From: Candidatus Thorarchaeota archaeon
GTDB taxonomy: Archaea; Asgardarchaeota; Thorarchaeia; Thorarchaeales; Thorarchaeaceae
Length of the DNA: 64,000 bases
Reading direction: 5' to 3'
NCBI GenBank assembly: GCA_046482545.1
Contig: JAWOEX010000023.1
Span: 27,836 to 91,835, forward strand
Positions 41,232 to 50,961 of the stretch are shown one piece after another. A program made the translations under genes and the position numbers. The notes beneath the pieces are model-generated. The model saw only the letters and a list, made by a program, of their open reading frames with translations, did no database searches and had not been told where the DNA came from. How positions within the stretch are numbered: position 1 is the first letter of the stretch; every line of letters starts with the position of its first letter.

Positions 41232-41579
41232 AAAAGGGTGGCAAGACAGGTAGATGATGCATCCGACATTCAGGCAATTTCGGTAATTACTGTTCATGAG
41301 TATCCTGGGGGATAATGCTATCGTTTTATGAACGAAAGGATACTTGATGAAAAATTGCAGAGAGGTTTTGCTGGTTTATCTCATTTTGAGCAATTGGAAG
41401 TCACATCTGAGATTCCGCGAGAAGCTGTATATATTGATGCATTATTATTTAGAAATGGAGACGTAATTCTTCATTGTGCCTGTCCAATTGCTGTAACAGC
41501 AGCCCATCACAATTTGTCCCTCGTCAATCGTGATTTCCATCTTCGGTGAATAGAGGATTTACTCATAATTGACTACTAA
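41232..41579 (+). pseudogene. vapC PIN-domain toxin pseudogene
   Basis: AISVITVHEY..G*...IAVTAAHHNLSLVNRDFHLR*IEDLLIIDY*: PIN C-terminal pattern with two in-frame stops; N-terminal catalytic Asp segment lost. Confidence 0.75.
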
Positions 41580-41634
41580 TCGCCGTAGTATGCCGGGTTT
41601 GTTGTCCAGAATACAAGGAGCAATCTCGTTGCCG

Positions 41635-43377
41635 TCAGCGTGCATAGATTCTTCGCGTTTCTCGCACTACCAATCCGAAGAGATCGTCAGCAGAATCCAA
41701 CGGTATAACCTGTGCGCCAGCCCTAGAAAGATCGGCATCCAGATTATCACCTGAATATCTTGAAGATCGAATATGAAACAGGAAAAACCTATGGCCAGCC
41801 GAACAGATTCGCTTGATAGACTTCAGTAATCCGTCCCAGTTAGATATTTCCGCATCAGTCATCATCAGCACCAGAAGACTCCCTTTGGAGGATTCACACA
41901 GATTTCGGATTTCATTGACTGGCGCAATGGTAGACCCCCCCTGATAGGATGCGAGAATATTTTCTATTCTTGCACGTTCCCTAGTCAGCCCTGACGTTTT
42001 CACAGTTCCCGAGAAGTTGATAGCTGCTACCTTCTTCGCTTTCTTCAGCGCAAAATCAACTGCGGCAAATGCAGATAGGAGGGCAAGATGATAGGGACCG
42101 CTAGGTTTGCCGTTTTGTATCGACCAGTTCATCGACCCGCTTGAGTCTATTACGACCAACAGATTGGGCAATGAAGCAGGTATACCTGAGCCCTCTACAT
42201 TTGTTTTCAACCATCTGCGAGTAGACATATTGGGAACAAGCACCGGAAAGGCCTGCAAAGATTGAACAATATCAAGCTCCTCAACAGGGTCGCCTATCCT
42301 CCATGCGGAAGGTGCCAGCGGAATATTGCCCTGTGTGGATTCTGATGTAACATCAATTCTTAGCATGTCCTGTACCGCTGCCCGGTACCAGAAACGAATC
42401 CATCTCTTCTTTGATTGATTCTTACCAGCAAGCAGGTAGACTGACTCAAGGTCATCCAAATCACCGTCTCGCTCGATGACTTGTTTTGCCATGCTGCCCA
42501 TCACGGCCTCTTCGTCGTAGGGCTCATTTTCATCAAGACACTTTTTCACTCTATCTTTGTTTCTGATTTCGATTGGACTACCCATCATCACCTCAACGTC
42601 TGATGGGACAGCAACCTGCCTTCTGGAACCTTTATCGGAATCCTCCGTTCCTTCAGAGGGTATTTCCGTTGACTCAAGCAGCTCCCCTCCGGATTCCTGT
42701 GACCAGTCAGCCAAGACGCACGCGATTTCACCTGTTGCCTTCGGCCACAGTCTTTCCAATTTCATATACTTTAGAGCAATACTGGATATGTCCTCAGCAG
42801 TTGATAGTGTATCCGCATCCAAAGAGACTCCTTTGGGCAATTCTAAACCCCATAAATGATGGTAGCAACTCACTATGAGCCGCCAAAGCTTGGACTGCGA
42901 ACGTTGAAGACCGGCGGAATGTTGAATTGAATGAGAAAGCCGATTCTTAGTGATAGCCAGAAATCGATCCATTAGATTAGAATCAACCACCATGTCAGCA
43001 AATAGATTGCATGCAAACATTGCGTTGGCATCATCGAGGTACTTCCTCGCTCGTGAAAACATCATGCCATTGGTTACACCGTCATACGGGCACAGAAGAT
43101 AGTGCTGAACCTCATGCTGACAAATCGATCTGAGAAAGGATTTGGTAGCCTCGGTTTTCAGATTTGGTGGAATGCCTTTGAGGTTGATATGTACGGTCCA
43201 ATCACATGGGTCTATGTAAAAGTAGCTAGATGCTTCCGTCTTGTTTTCAATGATTGGCTCAGGAAGAGGAGGGTGATAGAAGTCATCCATGGCATACGAC
43301 CAAGCCTCTTTGGCTAACTGGATAGGATTTGAAGTACGCCTTTCATCCTTTAACCAGTCAACCATCGAAAAATTCAC
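41635..43377 (-). CDS. vWA (MIDAS) domain protein with N-terminal HExxH zincin-like metallopeptidase domain
   Basis: HEVQH then NLFADMVVD; C-terminal VIDSSGSM, INFS, GGST, MMTDAE. Start overlaps MoxR stop (GTGA). Confidence 0.85.
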   Translation of the reverse strand: MNFSMVDWLKDERRTSNPIQLAKEAWSYAMDDFYHPPLPEPIIENKTEASSYFYIDPCDWTVHINLKGIPPNLKTEATKSFLRSICQHEVQHYLLCPYDGVTNGMMFSRARKYLDDANAMFACNLFADMVVDSNLMDRFLAITKNRLSHSIQHSAGLQRSQSKLWRLIVSCYHHLWGLELPKGVSLDADTLSTAEDISSIALKYMKLERLWPKATGEIACVLADWSQESGGELLESTEIPSEGTEDSDKGSRRQVAVPSDVEVMMGSPIEIRNKDRVKKCLDENEPYDEEAVMGSMAKQVIERDGDLDDLESVYLLAGKNQSKKRWIRFWYRAAVQDMLRIDVTSESTQGNIPLAPSAWRIGDPVEELDIVQSLQAFPVLVPNMSTRRWLKTNVEGSGIPASLPNLLVVIDSSGSMNWSIQNGKPSGPYHLALLSAFAAVDFALKKAKKVAAINFSGTVKTSGLTRERARIENILASYQGGSTIAPVNEIRNLCESSKGSLLVLMMTDAEISNWDGLLKSIKRICSAGHRFFLFHIRSSRYSGDNLDADLSRAGAQVIPLDSADDLFGLVVRETRRIYAR

Positions 43378-45107
43378 CCTTCACCGTCAAGAATCTTCTC
43401 TACTTCCTGCTTCAATTCGACCGCCGACTGGCCTCCAGAAACCTCAAAGAAGACTGATGAGTCTGGAGAAGAGCCAGTGGTGTAGATGACCATGGTCATA
43501 TTATCTGCTCTAGCTACCTTACGCCTCGGGGGCTTGAGTGTCTCTTTGAGCAGTGGAGTAAGTTTGGGGAATTTCATACTGACAGTGGTCCAGAGATCTT
43601 TCCATTGCTCAAATGTCAGACTGTACTGTGAAAGCGTTAGTTTGTGTAACGCATCATTTACCCTTCCCACTAGTTTGCTTCGATTTGGAAAATCAGTATC
43701 TGAAAGAAGCTTGTCTTGAACTTGACTGAGCTCCTGCACATCTTCTGAGGAAATTGCATCATCGATACGGCGTACCATTTTTTTGTATCGGGACTTGTTC
43801 AGTTCAGAAGCAAGATCCACATAGTCAATCTTTACCAGCAAATCGCTTTTTGCCATATCTTTGATTTCACGGATAGCCGAATCACTAGCTCTACCCTCTT
43901 TGAAATCGTGAAGCAATTCTATCGCTGTTTGTCGCTGAGCAAATCTATTTGCAGCTAGTTCTACAAGATGGGTTGTGAAGGCAAAGCGATCCCCGTAGAA
44001 TGGGGAACCCTCAATTTTGTCCCGCACGTATTCGGTACGGTGCCAGAAAACCAGTGGTGCAATTGATTTGACCAGCTCAACGCTGACCTCACCTGCACCC
44101 AGCAGCCAAGCAGCTGCTTTTGAATATCTCTTCAGGTCTTTTGCTGCTCGAACGCTGAGGGGGATGATTACACTGTTGCATATACCCTTTGGCGTATTGA
44201 AGTGGCATCCATCGCATAGTCCTGACTGAACTGTCAGTTCCTGTGATTGGCTCTTGTCGACCCTAACGCATGCTCCAAACTCTCGAACGAGGGATCTCAT
44301 GAACTCAGAAGATTCAGCAGTAACTGGAACTTTATCCACAAGGTTCCAGATTGTCAAGAGATTCTCTTCATTGAGTATTGCAGGAACCTGCCATAACTCG
44401 TCATATCCGAAAAGTTTCTCGTCTCTAGTGGATAGTATCAAATCCAAATCATCCACAGTAGGCATTGTTATCGGTACAGCTATACCGAACCTGTCGAGGA
44501 AAGGTGGCGAAAGCTCAAAGGTACCTGCATCAGCCGGATTCATTGTTGCATACAGACAGAATTCTTGACATCTCTTGACTTCATCATAGTACTTTAGTTC
44601 GCCTTCAGCCAACATTGAAAGCAGAATATTCTGAGCATGTGGAGTAAGCCTGTTGATTTCGTCCAAGATTTTCCAGAAGCCTGTTACGAATTTCCGCCAT
44701 ACAACCACTTCCACCCCTTCCTTCATCAGAGGGCCAGGACGAAGGGTAGCGACCATCTTCTCTTCTGTCAGCTGCGGATGACCCCTCAGTACACCGTCAT
44801 CAATCTCATCAAGGCTCTTTCCAGTCATCATCCGTCCCAAGAGTTTGATAAGCGTCGTTTTTCCACCACCATGACCTCCAACCAAAAGCATAGCGGACCT
44901 CGGAACTAATGCGTTCAGGACACAAGCACCAACAACCAGGGGAAGTCTCTTGGTCTTAGCGCGAACTGAAGAGTCACCAGCCGGTCGGAATCGCAAATCA
45001 AGATCGGTTGAGTGAACAAAGAGACCGCGGCTTTCCAGTGTGGTGATAACCTGCCATACCTTGTCTTGCAGGTTGGTTGAAGTACTCTCCATTGTGTCCT
45101 TCACCAT
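43374..45107 (-). CDS. MoxR-family AAA+ ATPase
   Basis: GGHGGGKTT, ILDEINR, ATMNP, FLDRF, SVRAA; Cys cluster C..CDGCHF...C; start uncertain (45092/45107/45119). Confidence 0.88.
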   Translation of the reverse strand: MVKDTMESTSTNLQDKVWQVITTLESRGLFVHSTDLDLRFRPAGDSSVRAKTKRLPLVVGACVLNALVPRSAMLLVGGHGGGKTTLIKLLGRMMTGKSLDEIDDGVLRGHPQLTEEKMVATLRPGPLMKEGVEVVVWRKFVTGFWKILDEINRLTPHAQNILLSMLAEGELKYYDEVKRCQEFCLYATMNPADAGTFELSPPFLDRFGIAVPITMPTVDDLDLILSTRDEKLFGYDELWQVPAILNEENLLTIWNLVDKVPVTAESSEFMRSLVREFGACVRVDKSQSQELTVQSGLCDGCHFNTPKGICNSVIIPLSVRAAKDLKRYSKAAAWLLGAGEVSVELVKSIAPLVFWHRTEYVRDKIEGSPFYGDRFAFTTHLVELAANRFAQRQTAIELLHDFKEGRASDSAIREIKDMAKSDLLVKIDYVDLASELNKSRYKKMVRRIDDAISSEDVQELSQVQDKLLSDTDFPNRSKLVGRVNDALHKLTLSQYSLTFEQWKDLWTTVSMKFPKLTPLLKETLKPPRRKVARADNMTMVIYTTGSSPDSSVFFEVSGGQSAVELKQEVEKILDGEG

Positions 45108-45264
45108 GTAATCTTCCAATATGAGACATGCTTATGGCTACTATGGTTATAGCTCTATCTGAGGACTTCACGAACCAATAAAGGCGCGAAAAGGGGAACC
45201 GCTTGCAAAGGTATTAAGTGTTCAACGGGAAATTTCGAGAAGGTGTTAACGCCGGGTAAGCACT

Positions 45265-46332
45265 ATGACGACAGAAGATATTGGCGAAGTCATCGATTTT
45301 CAACCAGCGGACGAAATTGACTCAGAAAAGATTAGACAGCATAGTGTTATTCAGAAATCTAAGGAATTCATCGCCAGCCTGAAGGAATATGGAAGGGTTG
45401 GAGGAGAGCTGAACAGGAAGGTGAAAGTGTTTTCGGGTTCAGCTCTATTGTTTGGAAGTAAAGGGACGGATTTTCTCGGCTTTGCAGAAAATGTAGCTCT
45501 AAATCTCAAAGCGAACATTGTGAGATTCAGACTCTCTCAGGCTTTATCTGAAGATGCGAATATCGCGTTAGCACTCAGAACATTATTTGGTTTTGCAGCT
45601 CGAAACAAACCAAGTCTAGTTTTCCTAGAGCATTTGGATCTATTTGCAGAGGAATCTACGAACCAAGCGGCTGTTCTGAAAGCAGAGATTTCCCGTATTG
45701 ATTGGGTTAAAGAAGATACAGTATTCATCGGGTGCACCACCAGACCACGCCAGGTTGATACCCAAATTCTTGGAACCGTTGATAAGACATACATTATTCA
45801 GAAAACAACCACCGAGGACAGAATCAGACTACTAGAAGAAGTGTTGGCTCAACGTTCAGATTTGGATGCGAAATCGGTGGCGGAGGCTACAGAGGGTTGG
45901 AGCTATTCCGACTTGAAACACCTAGCAGGAAGTCTGCTTCTCATGGACCCTAGTAGAAAAGATGAACATTCTCCAGCGACAGTTAGGGCGATGATTCAAG
46001 CCGCCAATATCCTGCCAGTAGGACGCCCACAGATGGCCGAAGCTGCTTTCAAACAAATCGAAGAGGGATACAGCCCACAACTGCAAGATTTAGAGGAGAT
46101 ATATCCTGACACCCTTATTGACCAGCTGTACTTGATGGCGGTCGGAGAGGATTACGTACGAACTCAAGAAGTGGTTGAAAATCTGAACAAAGGGATGCCG
46201 CTATCAACTGAAGAGCAACAGTTTCTGAACAAGTACCCATTTCTGCTGCAAGGCGAATCAGAAGACAGGCTGACAAGGCTATTGAGAGCAAAGAAGACAC
46301 ATGATAGGCTGAGCAGGGTGTTAGGAAGATAG
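45265..46332 (+). CDS. Catalytically degenerate classical-clade AAA protein (CDC48/Vps4-like pseudo-ATPase)
   Basis: ALLFGSKGTDFL (no Walker A Lys), PSLVFLEHLD, IGCTTRP, no Arg finger, TEGWSYSDL lid motif. Confidence 0.72.
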   Translation: MTTEDIGEVIDFQPADEIDSEKIRQHSVIQKSKEFIASLKEYGRVGGELNRKVKVFSGSALLFGSKGTDFLGFAENVALNLKANIVRFRLSQALSEDANIALALRTLFGFAARNKPSLVFLEHLDLFAEESTNQAAVLKAEISRIDWVKEDTVFIGCTTRPRQVDTQILGTVDKTYIIQKTTTEDRIRLLEEVLAQRSDLDAKSVAEATEGWSYSDLKHLAGSLLLMDPSRKDEHSPATVRAMIQAANILPVGRPQMAEAAFKQIEEGYSPQLQDLEEIYPDTLIDQLYLMAVGEDYVRTQEVVENLNKGMPLSTEEQQFLNKYPFLLQGESEDRLTRLLRAKKTHDRLSRVLGR

Positions 46333-46354
46333 GACAGGAGGTCGTCAAGGAGCG

Positions 46355-49300
46355 TTGCCACATGAAATCAGAATTCGGTCGATATGTATCAAAAACTTCC
46401 TTAGCTTCTATGAGGGGGAAGTTGACCTCAGTCCAGGGCTTAACGTGATTGTTGGACCTAACGGTGCTGGAAAGACCTCAATTTTTCACGCGATGAAATT
46501 TGCCCTAGGATCTAATCAACGAGAAAAGAGATACAGCAAGTGGAGTGATTTCATTCGTCATGGTGGTAGAACAGCCAAGGCGGAAATCACAGTTGATACA
46601 GAGAAAGAATCACGCACACTAACTCGGAAGATATCAAGAGGGGGTGTTCCCAGAGCTTACATCGACGGAAAACGTGTGAAAGCTTCAGAACTTCGAATGC
46701 TTGTCGATTCCTACGACATTGATGTGGATAACAACTTGGTATTCATGCCTCAAGAACGCATCAACGCATTGAGAAACATGAATCCAGTTGAAGTTCGGAA
46801 ACTCATAGAGGAGGGAACCGGCCTTGACGAACTCAGACAGCAAATCGAAGCCGAGGTTACTAGGCTAGCCGCCACAAAAGAGAGGCTTGAAACAGCAGTA
46901 AGCGAATCTGAAACCGTGAGAAATCAACTTCATCTTCTCAGTTACGATCTTGAACGGCTCGAAAAGAAGAGAGATTTACTTGAGAAAAAGAGGACATTAC
47001 AAGAGGAGCTGAACTGGGCAAAAATCAAGCATTTGGAAAAGGGGATTGCTGCACTTCAGAAAGATATCCGGGAGAAGAACAAAGGTCTCAGTAAGGTGAT
47101 TGAACAATCAGAACATGCCAAGGCCAAGAAAGATGCCACCGACGAAAAGGTAAGCAGCTTGAACGAGCAAACAGACGATATGAAGATGGAAATGGCGAAA
47201 CTTGAGGCTCGAATTGAACAAGAAGAAGAGAGATTGGAAGGACTTCATGAGGAGAATCGGAACAATCTCAAGGAAATTCAGGAACTCAGGAAGAGAATCA
47301 AGAAGAAGGCCACGCGATCACATACATTAGAAGAGCAATTGGATAATCATAACCTGATTGTGGAGAGCTATGAGAGTAGAAAGAAAGAGCTGCAGCAATC
47401 GCTTGAAGAAATTGAATCTGAGCAGGAAGAAATCGAAGAAAAACTGACGGAATATGCGGAATGGAATGCAGAGAGAGCAAGAGTTCACGGCGATTACAAA
47501 ACGCTCAAGAGCGAATTGAAAGGGAAGGACGTTCTCTCAAGAAGTCTCATGGAACGCCTACAAGTTGAAAAAGCAGAACTAGATGGCATCGAAAAGAAAT
47601 GGGCGGATGTGTGGTCAAAGCTCGAGAAAACCGATGAGGACGGGTTGAGGGAGGAAAAAGTAACCCTTGATACAAGAATAAACCAAATCAAAGAGCAACA
47701 ATTTGAAGTCAAAAGCCAAGCAGCGACTATCAGCAAGGAGATAGACAGTATTGAAACTCAACTATCAGAGTTCTCAGCGAGAATACCTGATTCAGTCAAG
47801 AAACTCAGTGAATCTGTCAAGAAACGCGGCCTAAAGAGAGTCTTTGGACCAATAATAGAGATTCTCCGACCTCAAGAAAAATTCTCAAAAATGCTCGATT
47901 CGGTTCTCCGCGAAGATTTGCCATTTGCGTTCATTGTGGAGGAAAGTGCAGATTACCAACTTATGCTCAAAATCCGTAATCAACTAAACGCACCTTCCCC
48001 GTTGATTTATGTAAAGGAAAACAAAAATCCCGGAGAAACGAGTTTAGAGCATAAAGAACTCGAAAAACATGAGAATATTCTTGGTGAGCTATGGGAACTT
48101 GTCGGGCTATCTGAGGAGATGCTAAACAGGTTCCGTGCAGCCTTTGGCAGCTATGCAGTGACCCGTGATGGTGATTCAGCCGCACAAGTTGCTTCTGAGC
48201 AGCACATAGGAACAATTTCACAGAAGGGGGATGTCTTTGATGCACCGACAAACGCTGTCATCAGCTATCCACCCAGAGAGGATACAGGATTGTTATCAAC
48301 GGCACCTTTGAAGGATCGGTTGGATGTGCTCCGTCAAAACCTGCAGGAAAGAGAACGGGCGATTGCAGAGCTTGAAGGTCGCTCTGAAGAGCTAATACAA
48401 GAAAGAAACCAAATTGCAGAGTTCATCGAGCAGGTACAGATGTGGGATAGCACATGGAACAAGAGAAATGACCTCAGAGAAAGTATCAGCAACCTAGACG
48501 AAAGAATTGAATTGGTTGAGGAAGATAAGGCCGAAATTGCGGCCAATCTGAGCACACGAGAAGAAGAACTGAAAGAGCTCGAATTGAACCAACCGCCAGG
48601 GCGTAGCAAGCTCATGGGCCAGCGGTCTGCCCTGACGAGCAAGAGGAGGAGACTAAGAAAAGAAATCAATGATATACGTTCAAGATTGAAGCAAGCAGAA
48701 CACAAGGCAGAAGAGCTGCGAAGGGAACTCCATGAGGTTAACCATGACAAGAAAATCTATTCAGAAAGCCTGAAACAACTCAAACAAACAGTTTCGAAAT
48801 CTGAAGAAGAGGCAACAGGTATACTACAAAAGATCGAAGCGATGAGAGAAAGACACGGTAATGTAGAGCAACAGTATCACACAACCATGGCCTCTCTTGA
48901 AAAAGCCAGGGAAGAACAGCGGAAAATCGGAGAGAGACTCGTTGAGCTCAATTTACGAATCAGAGACAGTAAATTGGAAACGATGCAAAGCCAGAGACAA
49001 TTAGATAACATGAGAGATGAATTCAAGGCAGCAAAACAGGAACTTGGTGATTCAAAAAGACCTGATGCAGTAAGAGATTTCGAAACTGTTACCAAAGATC
49101 TCGTCAAGACACGCCACCAGCTTGATGATTATAATGATGTATCAGAAGCTGTCGCTCACACGGAATCGAAACTGAAACAGCGGCTTGTTACGCTTGAAAC
49201 TCGAGTGAGCGAGACAAGAACCGAGCTGAAAGAAGCAGAAGAAACGGTGAGTGATATTCGTATCCAGTATGAAGAGGGTATGAGAGATGTTCTCACCGAA

Positions 49301-49750
49301 ATCGAGGAAAAAATACATCGAATTCTTTCAACGGTTTCTTTCGCTGGCGAGGTCAGATTCGCTCTTGAAAACCGGGATGACTACGGGGTTACCTTTGAGA
49401 CCCGATTCAGAGAGGGTGACTTCAGAAGCTTGAGCGCTGGTTCTGGCGGGGAGCGATCCCTTATTGCCATCGCCCTCATACTAGCATTACAAGATCTCAA
49501 TCCTGGCCCAATCTACGCGCTAGACGAGGTGGATACGTTCCTTGACGCAACGAACACAGAGATGATCAGCAAACTACTTTATGATTCATCACGGCGAAGT
49601 CAATTCATTCTGTTCACCCCCGCAAAGACAACATACCTTCTGAAGCATGCAGACAAGAGGATTGGTGTGGTATCTCCAAAGGGCACAGAGCCATCGGTTA
49701 TTATCGAAAGCCCTGAGTTCCTGAAATCCGAGAAAGCAGAGGTAGTCTAG
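46355..49750 (+). CDS. SMC ATPase, Smc5/6-related type
   Basis: GPNGAGKT, FMPQERI Q-loop, two long coiled coils, hinge VFGPI...AFIV...D lacking GX6GX3GG, SGGERS signature, LDEVDTFLD, FILFTP. Confidence 0.9.
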   Translation: MPHEIRIRSICIKNFLSFYEGEVDLSPGLNVIVGPNGAGKTSIFHAMKFALGSNQREKRYSKWSDFIRHGGRTAKAEITVDTEKESRTLTRKISRGGVPRAYIDGKRVKASELRMLVDSYDIDVDNNLVFMPQERINALRNMNPVEVRKLIEEGTGLDELRQQIEAEVTRLAATKERLETAVSESETVRNQLHLLSYDLERLEKKRDLLEKKRTLQEELNWAKIKHLEKGIAALQKDIREKNKGLSKVIEQSEHAKAKKDATDEKVSSLNEQTDDMKMEMAKLEARIEQEEERLEGLHEENRNNLKEIQELRKRIKKKATRSHTLEEQLDNHNLIVESYESRKKELQQSLEEIESEQEEIEEKLTEYAEWNAERARVHGDYKTLKSELKGKDVLSRSLMERLQVEKAELDGIEKKWADVWSKLEKTDEDGLREEKVTLDTRINQIKEQQFEVKSQAATISKEIDSIETQLSEFSARIPDSVKKLSESVKKRGLKRVFGPIIEILRPQEKFSKMLDSVLREDLPFAFIVEESADYQLMLKIRNQLNAPSPLIYVKENKNPGETSLEHKELEKHENILGELWELVGLSEEMLNRFRAAFGSYAVTRDGDSAAQVASEQHIGTISQKGDVFDAPTNAVISYPPREDTGLLSTAPLKDRLDVLRQNLQERERAIAELEGRSEELIQERNQIAEFIEQVQMWDSTWNKRNDLRESISNLDERIELVEEDKAEIAANLSTREEELKELELNQPPGRSKLMGQRSALTSKRRRLRKEINDIRSRLKQAEHKAEELRRELHEVNHDKKIYSESLKQLKQTVSKSEEEATGILQKIEAMRERHGNVEQQYHTTMASLEKAREEQRKIGERLVELNLRIRDSKLETMQSQRQLDNMRDEFKAAKQELGDSKRPDAVRDFETVTKDLVKTRHQLDDYNDVSEAVAHTESKLKQRLVTLETRVSETRTELKEAEETVSDIRIQYEEGMRDVLTEIEEKIHRILSTVSFAGEVRFALENRDDYGVTFETRFREGDFRSLSAGSGGERSLIAIALILALQDLNPGPIYALDEVDTFLDATNTEMISKLLYDSSRRSQFILFTPAKTTYLLKHADKRIGVVSPKGTEPSVIIESPEFLKSEKAEVV

Positions 49751-49752
49751 CC

Positions 49753-50400
49753 ATGGTGGGAATCAACGACCTCGAGAATACAGTAAGAAGATTGCTCAGG
49801 GAAGTCGAAGCTGGAGAAAAGGACCCGCTTGCTATCAAGCTGGTCGAGTCCTACAGAAACCTTAGGGATGTAGATGCGGGCGTCGATAGGAGAATCGATG
49901 TTGATGGGACACTGAACACTCTGCTGGAGAATAAGACAACTAGAATTCAGGAACTAGCCAGAATACTCGCTTCACCTGAGGTGTATGTGAACAGGATAAG
50001 CGAAATGAAACCGATGAGTATAGCAAAGCTGATTTCTTACAGACAGCCTATGACCATTTCACACCTCAATGTCAGTGGTATGCACAAATCATTTTCCCGG
50101 ATTCTTGGCATGATGGAATCTAGAGAGAAAAGCATGCTTGAAGAGGAGAATCCTCCGTCAACTGCTCAGCCGCAAGACGAAGTAATGGAAATAGAGGACT
50201 CTATAACCATGGAGAATTTGAACAGGTTCTTGAAGTACGTTCCTGAAAACCAAACAATCAGCTTGAAGGAACTACTCGCCAGTCCAAATATGGACGAATT
50301 CCTTAGAAGATTTCTGTGTGTAGTATTGCTGATATCGAGGGGATTGCTGAAATATGATGGAGAAAACGTGAAACGAATGGAGATGCGGACCGATGAATGA
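49753..50400 (+). CDS. Kleisin (ScpA/Nse4-like)
   Basis: N-terminal VEAGEKDPLAIKLV resembles ScpA GEIDPWDI; C-terminal wHTH ISLKELL...FLCVVLLISRGLL; starts 2 nt after the SMC stop. Confidence 0.72.
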   Translation: MVGINDLENTVRRLLREVEAGEKDPLAIKLVESYRNLRDVDAGVDRRIDVDGTLNTLLENKTTRIQELARILASPEVYVNRISEMKPMSIAKLISYRQPMTISHLNVSGMHKSFSRILGMMESREKSMLEEENPPSTAQPQDEVMEIEDSITMENLNRFLKYVPENQTISLKELLASPNMDEFLRRFLCVVLLISRGLLKYDGENVKRMEMRTDE

Positions 50401-50905
50401 ATTCGCGGTCTTGATGAGGCTTCTCACGCAACCCGGAGTGCCCAAAGGGGCTGGAGTACAGGACATGCTCGATGCCATGGGACTCCCTGAAGAAACTGGC
50501 AGAAGTGTCCTGTTCAAGAAGCTTGGCAAGCTCGAACGTCAGCTAAGAAGGCTTGGTCTGCAAATCAGGCACAATCCGATTCACCACGTATTCTATATCG
50601 ATATGCAAGAGGATATTGAGGTTCCAATTACCGAGGGGCGCTTGCCTGATCGCCTAGCTGCCACTCTCCTTGTTGTTCTCACGCTTACGTATCAAGAAGG
50701 GGGATGGGTTTCGGTAAATCGAGTCAAGAAGTTTAGGAAAAAGTCACTTCGCAGCGTAAGGACGGACCTGCGAGAACTCGAAAGGATGAACTATATACAG
50801 CTTGATGATGATAGCCAAAAAGTCCGACCCGGATTCAAAGTAGCATTCGAAGTAGATTACGACTCGTTTTTTAGAGAATTGACGGATTTAGAGATGGAAG
50901 AATAG
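50393..50905 (+). CDS. Kite (tandem winged-helix, ScpB/Nse1/Nse3-like) subunit
   Basis: 170 aa; LERQLRRLGLQI...FYI, AATLLVVL, LRELERMNYI, VRPG..VAFE; overlaps kleisin stop. Confidence 0.7.
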   Translation: MNEFAVLMRLLTQPGVPKGAGVQDMLDAMGLPEETGRSVLFKKLGKLERQLRRLGLQIRHNPIHHVFYIDMQEDIEVPITEGRLPDRLAATLLVVLTLTYQEGGWVSVNRVKKFRKKSLRSVRTDLRELERMNYIQLDDDSQKVRPGFKVAFEVDYDSFFRELTDLEMEE

Positions 50906-50961
50906 GTACGCATTCGCTAGTTTTATCAGGGAAAGACACCGCAATTGAATTGGTTCCAAAG

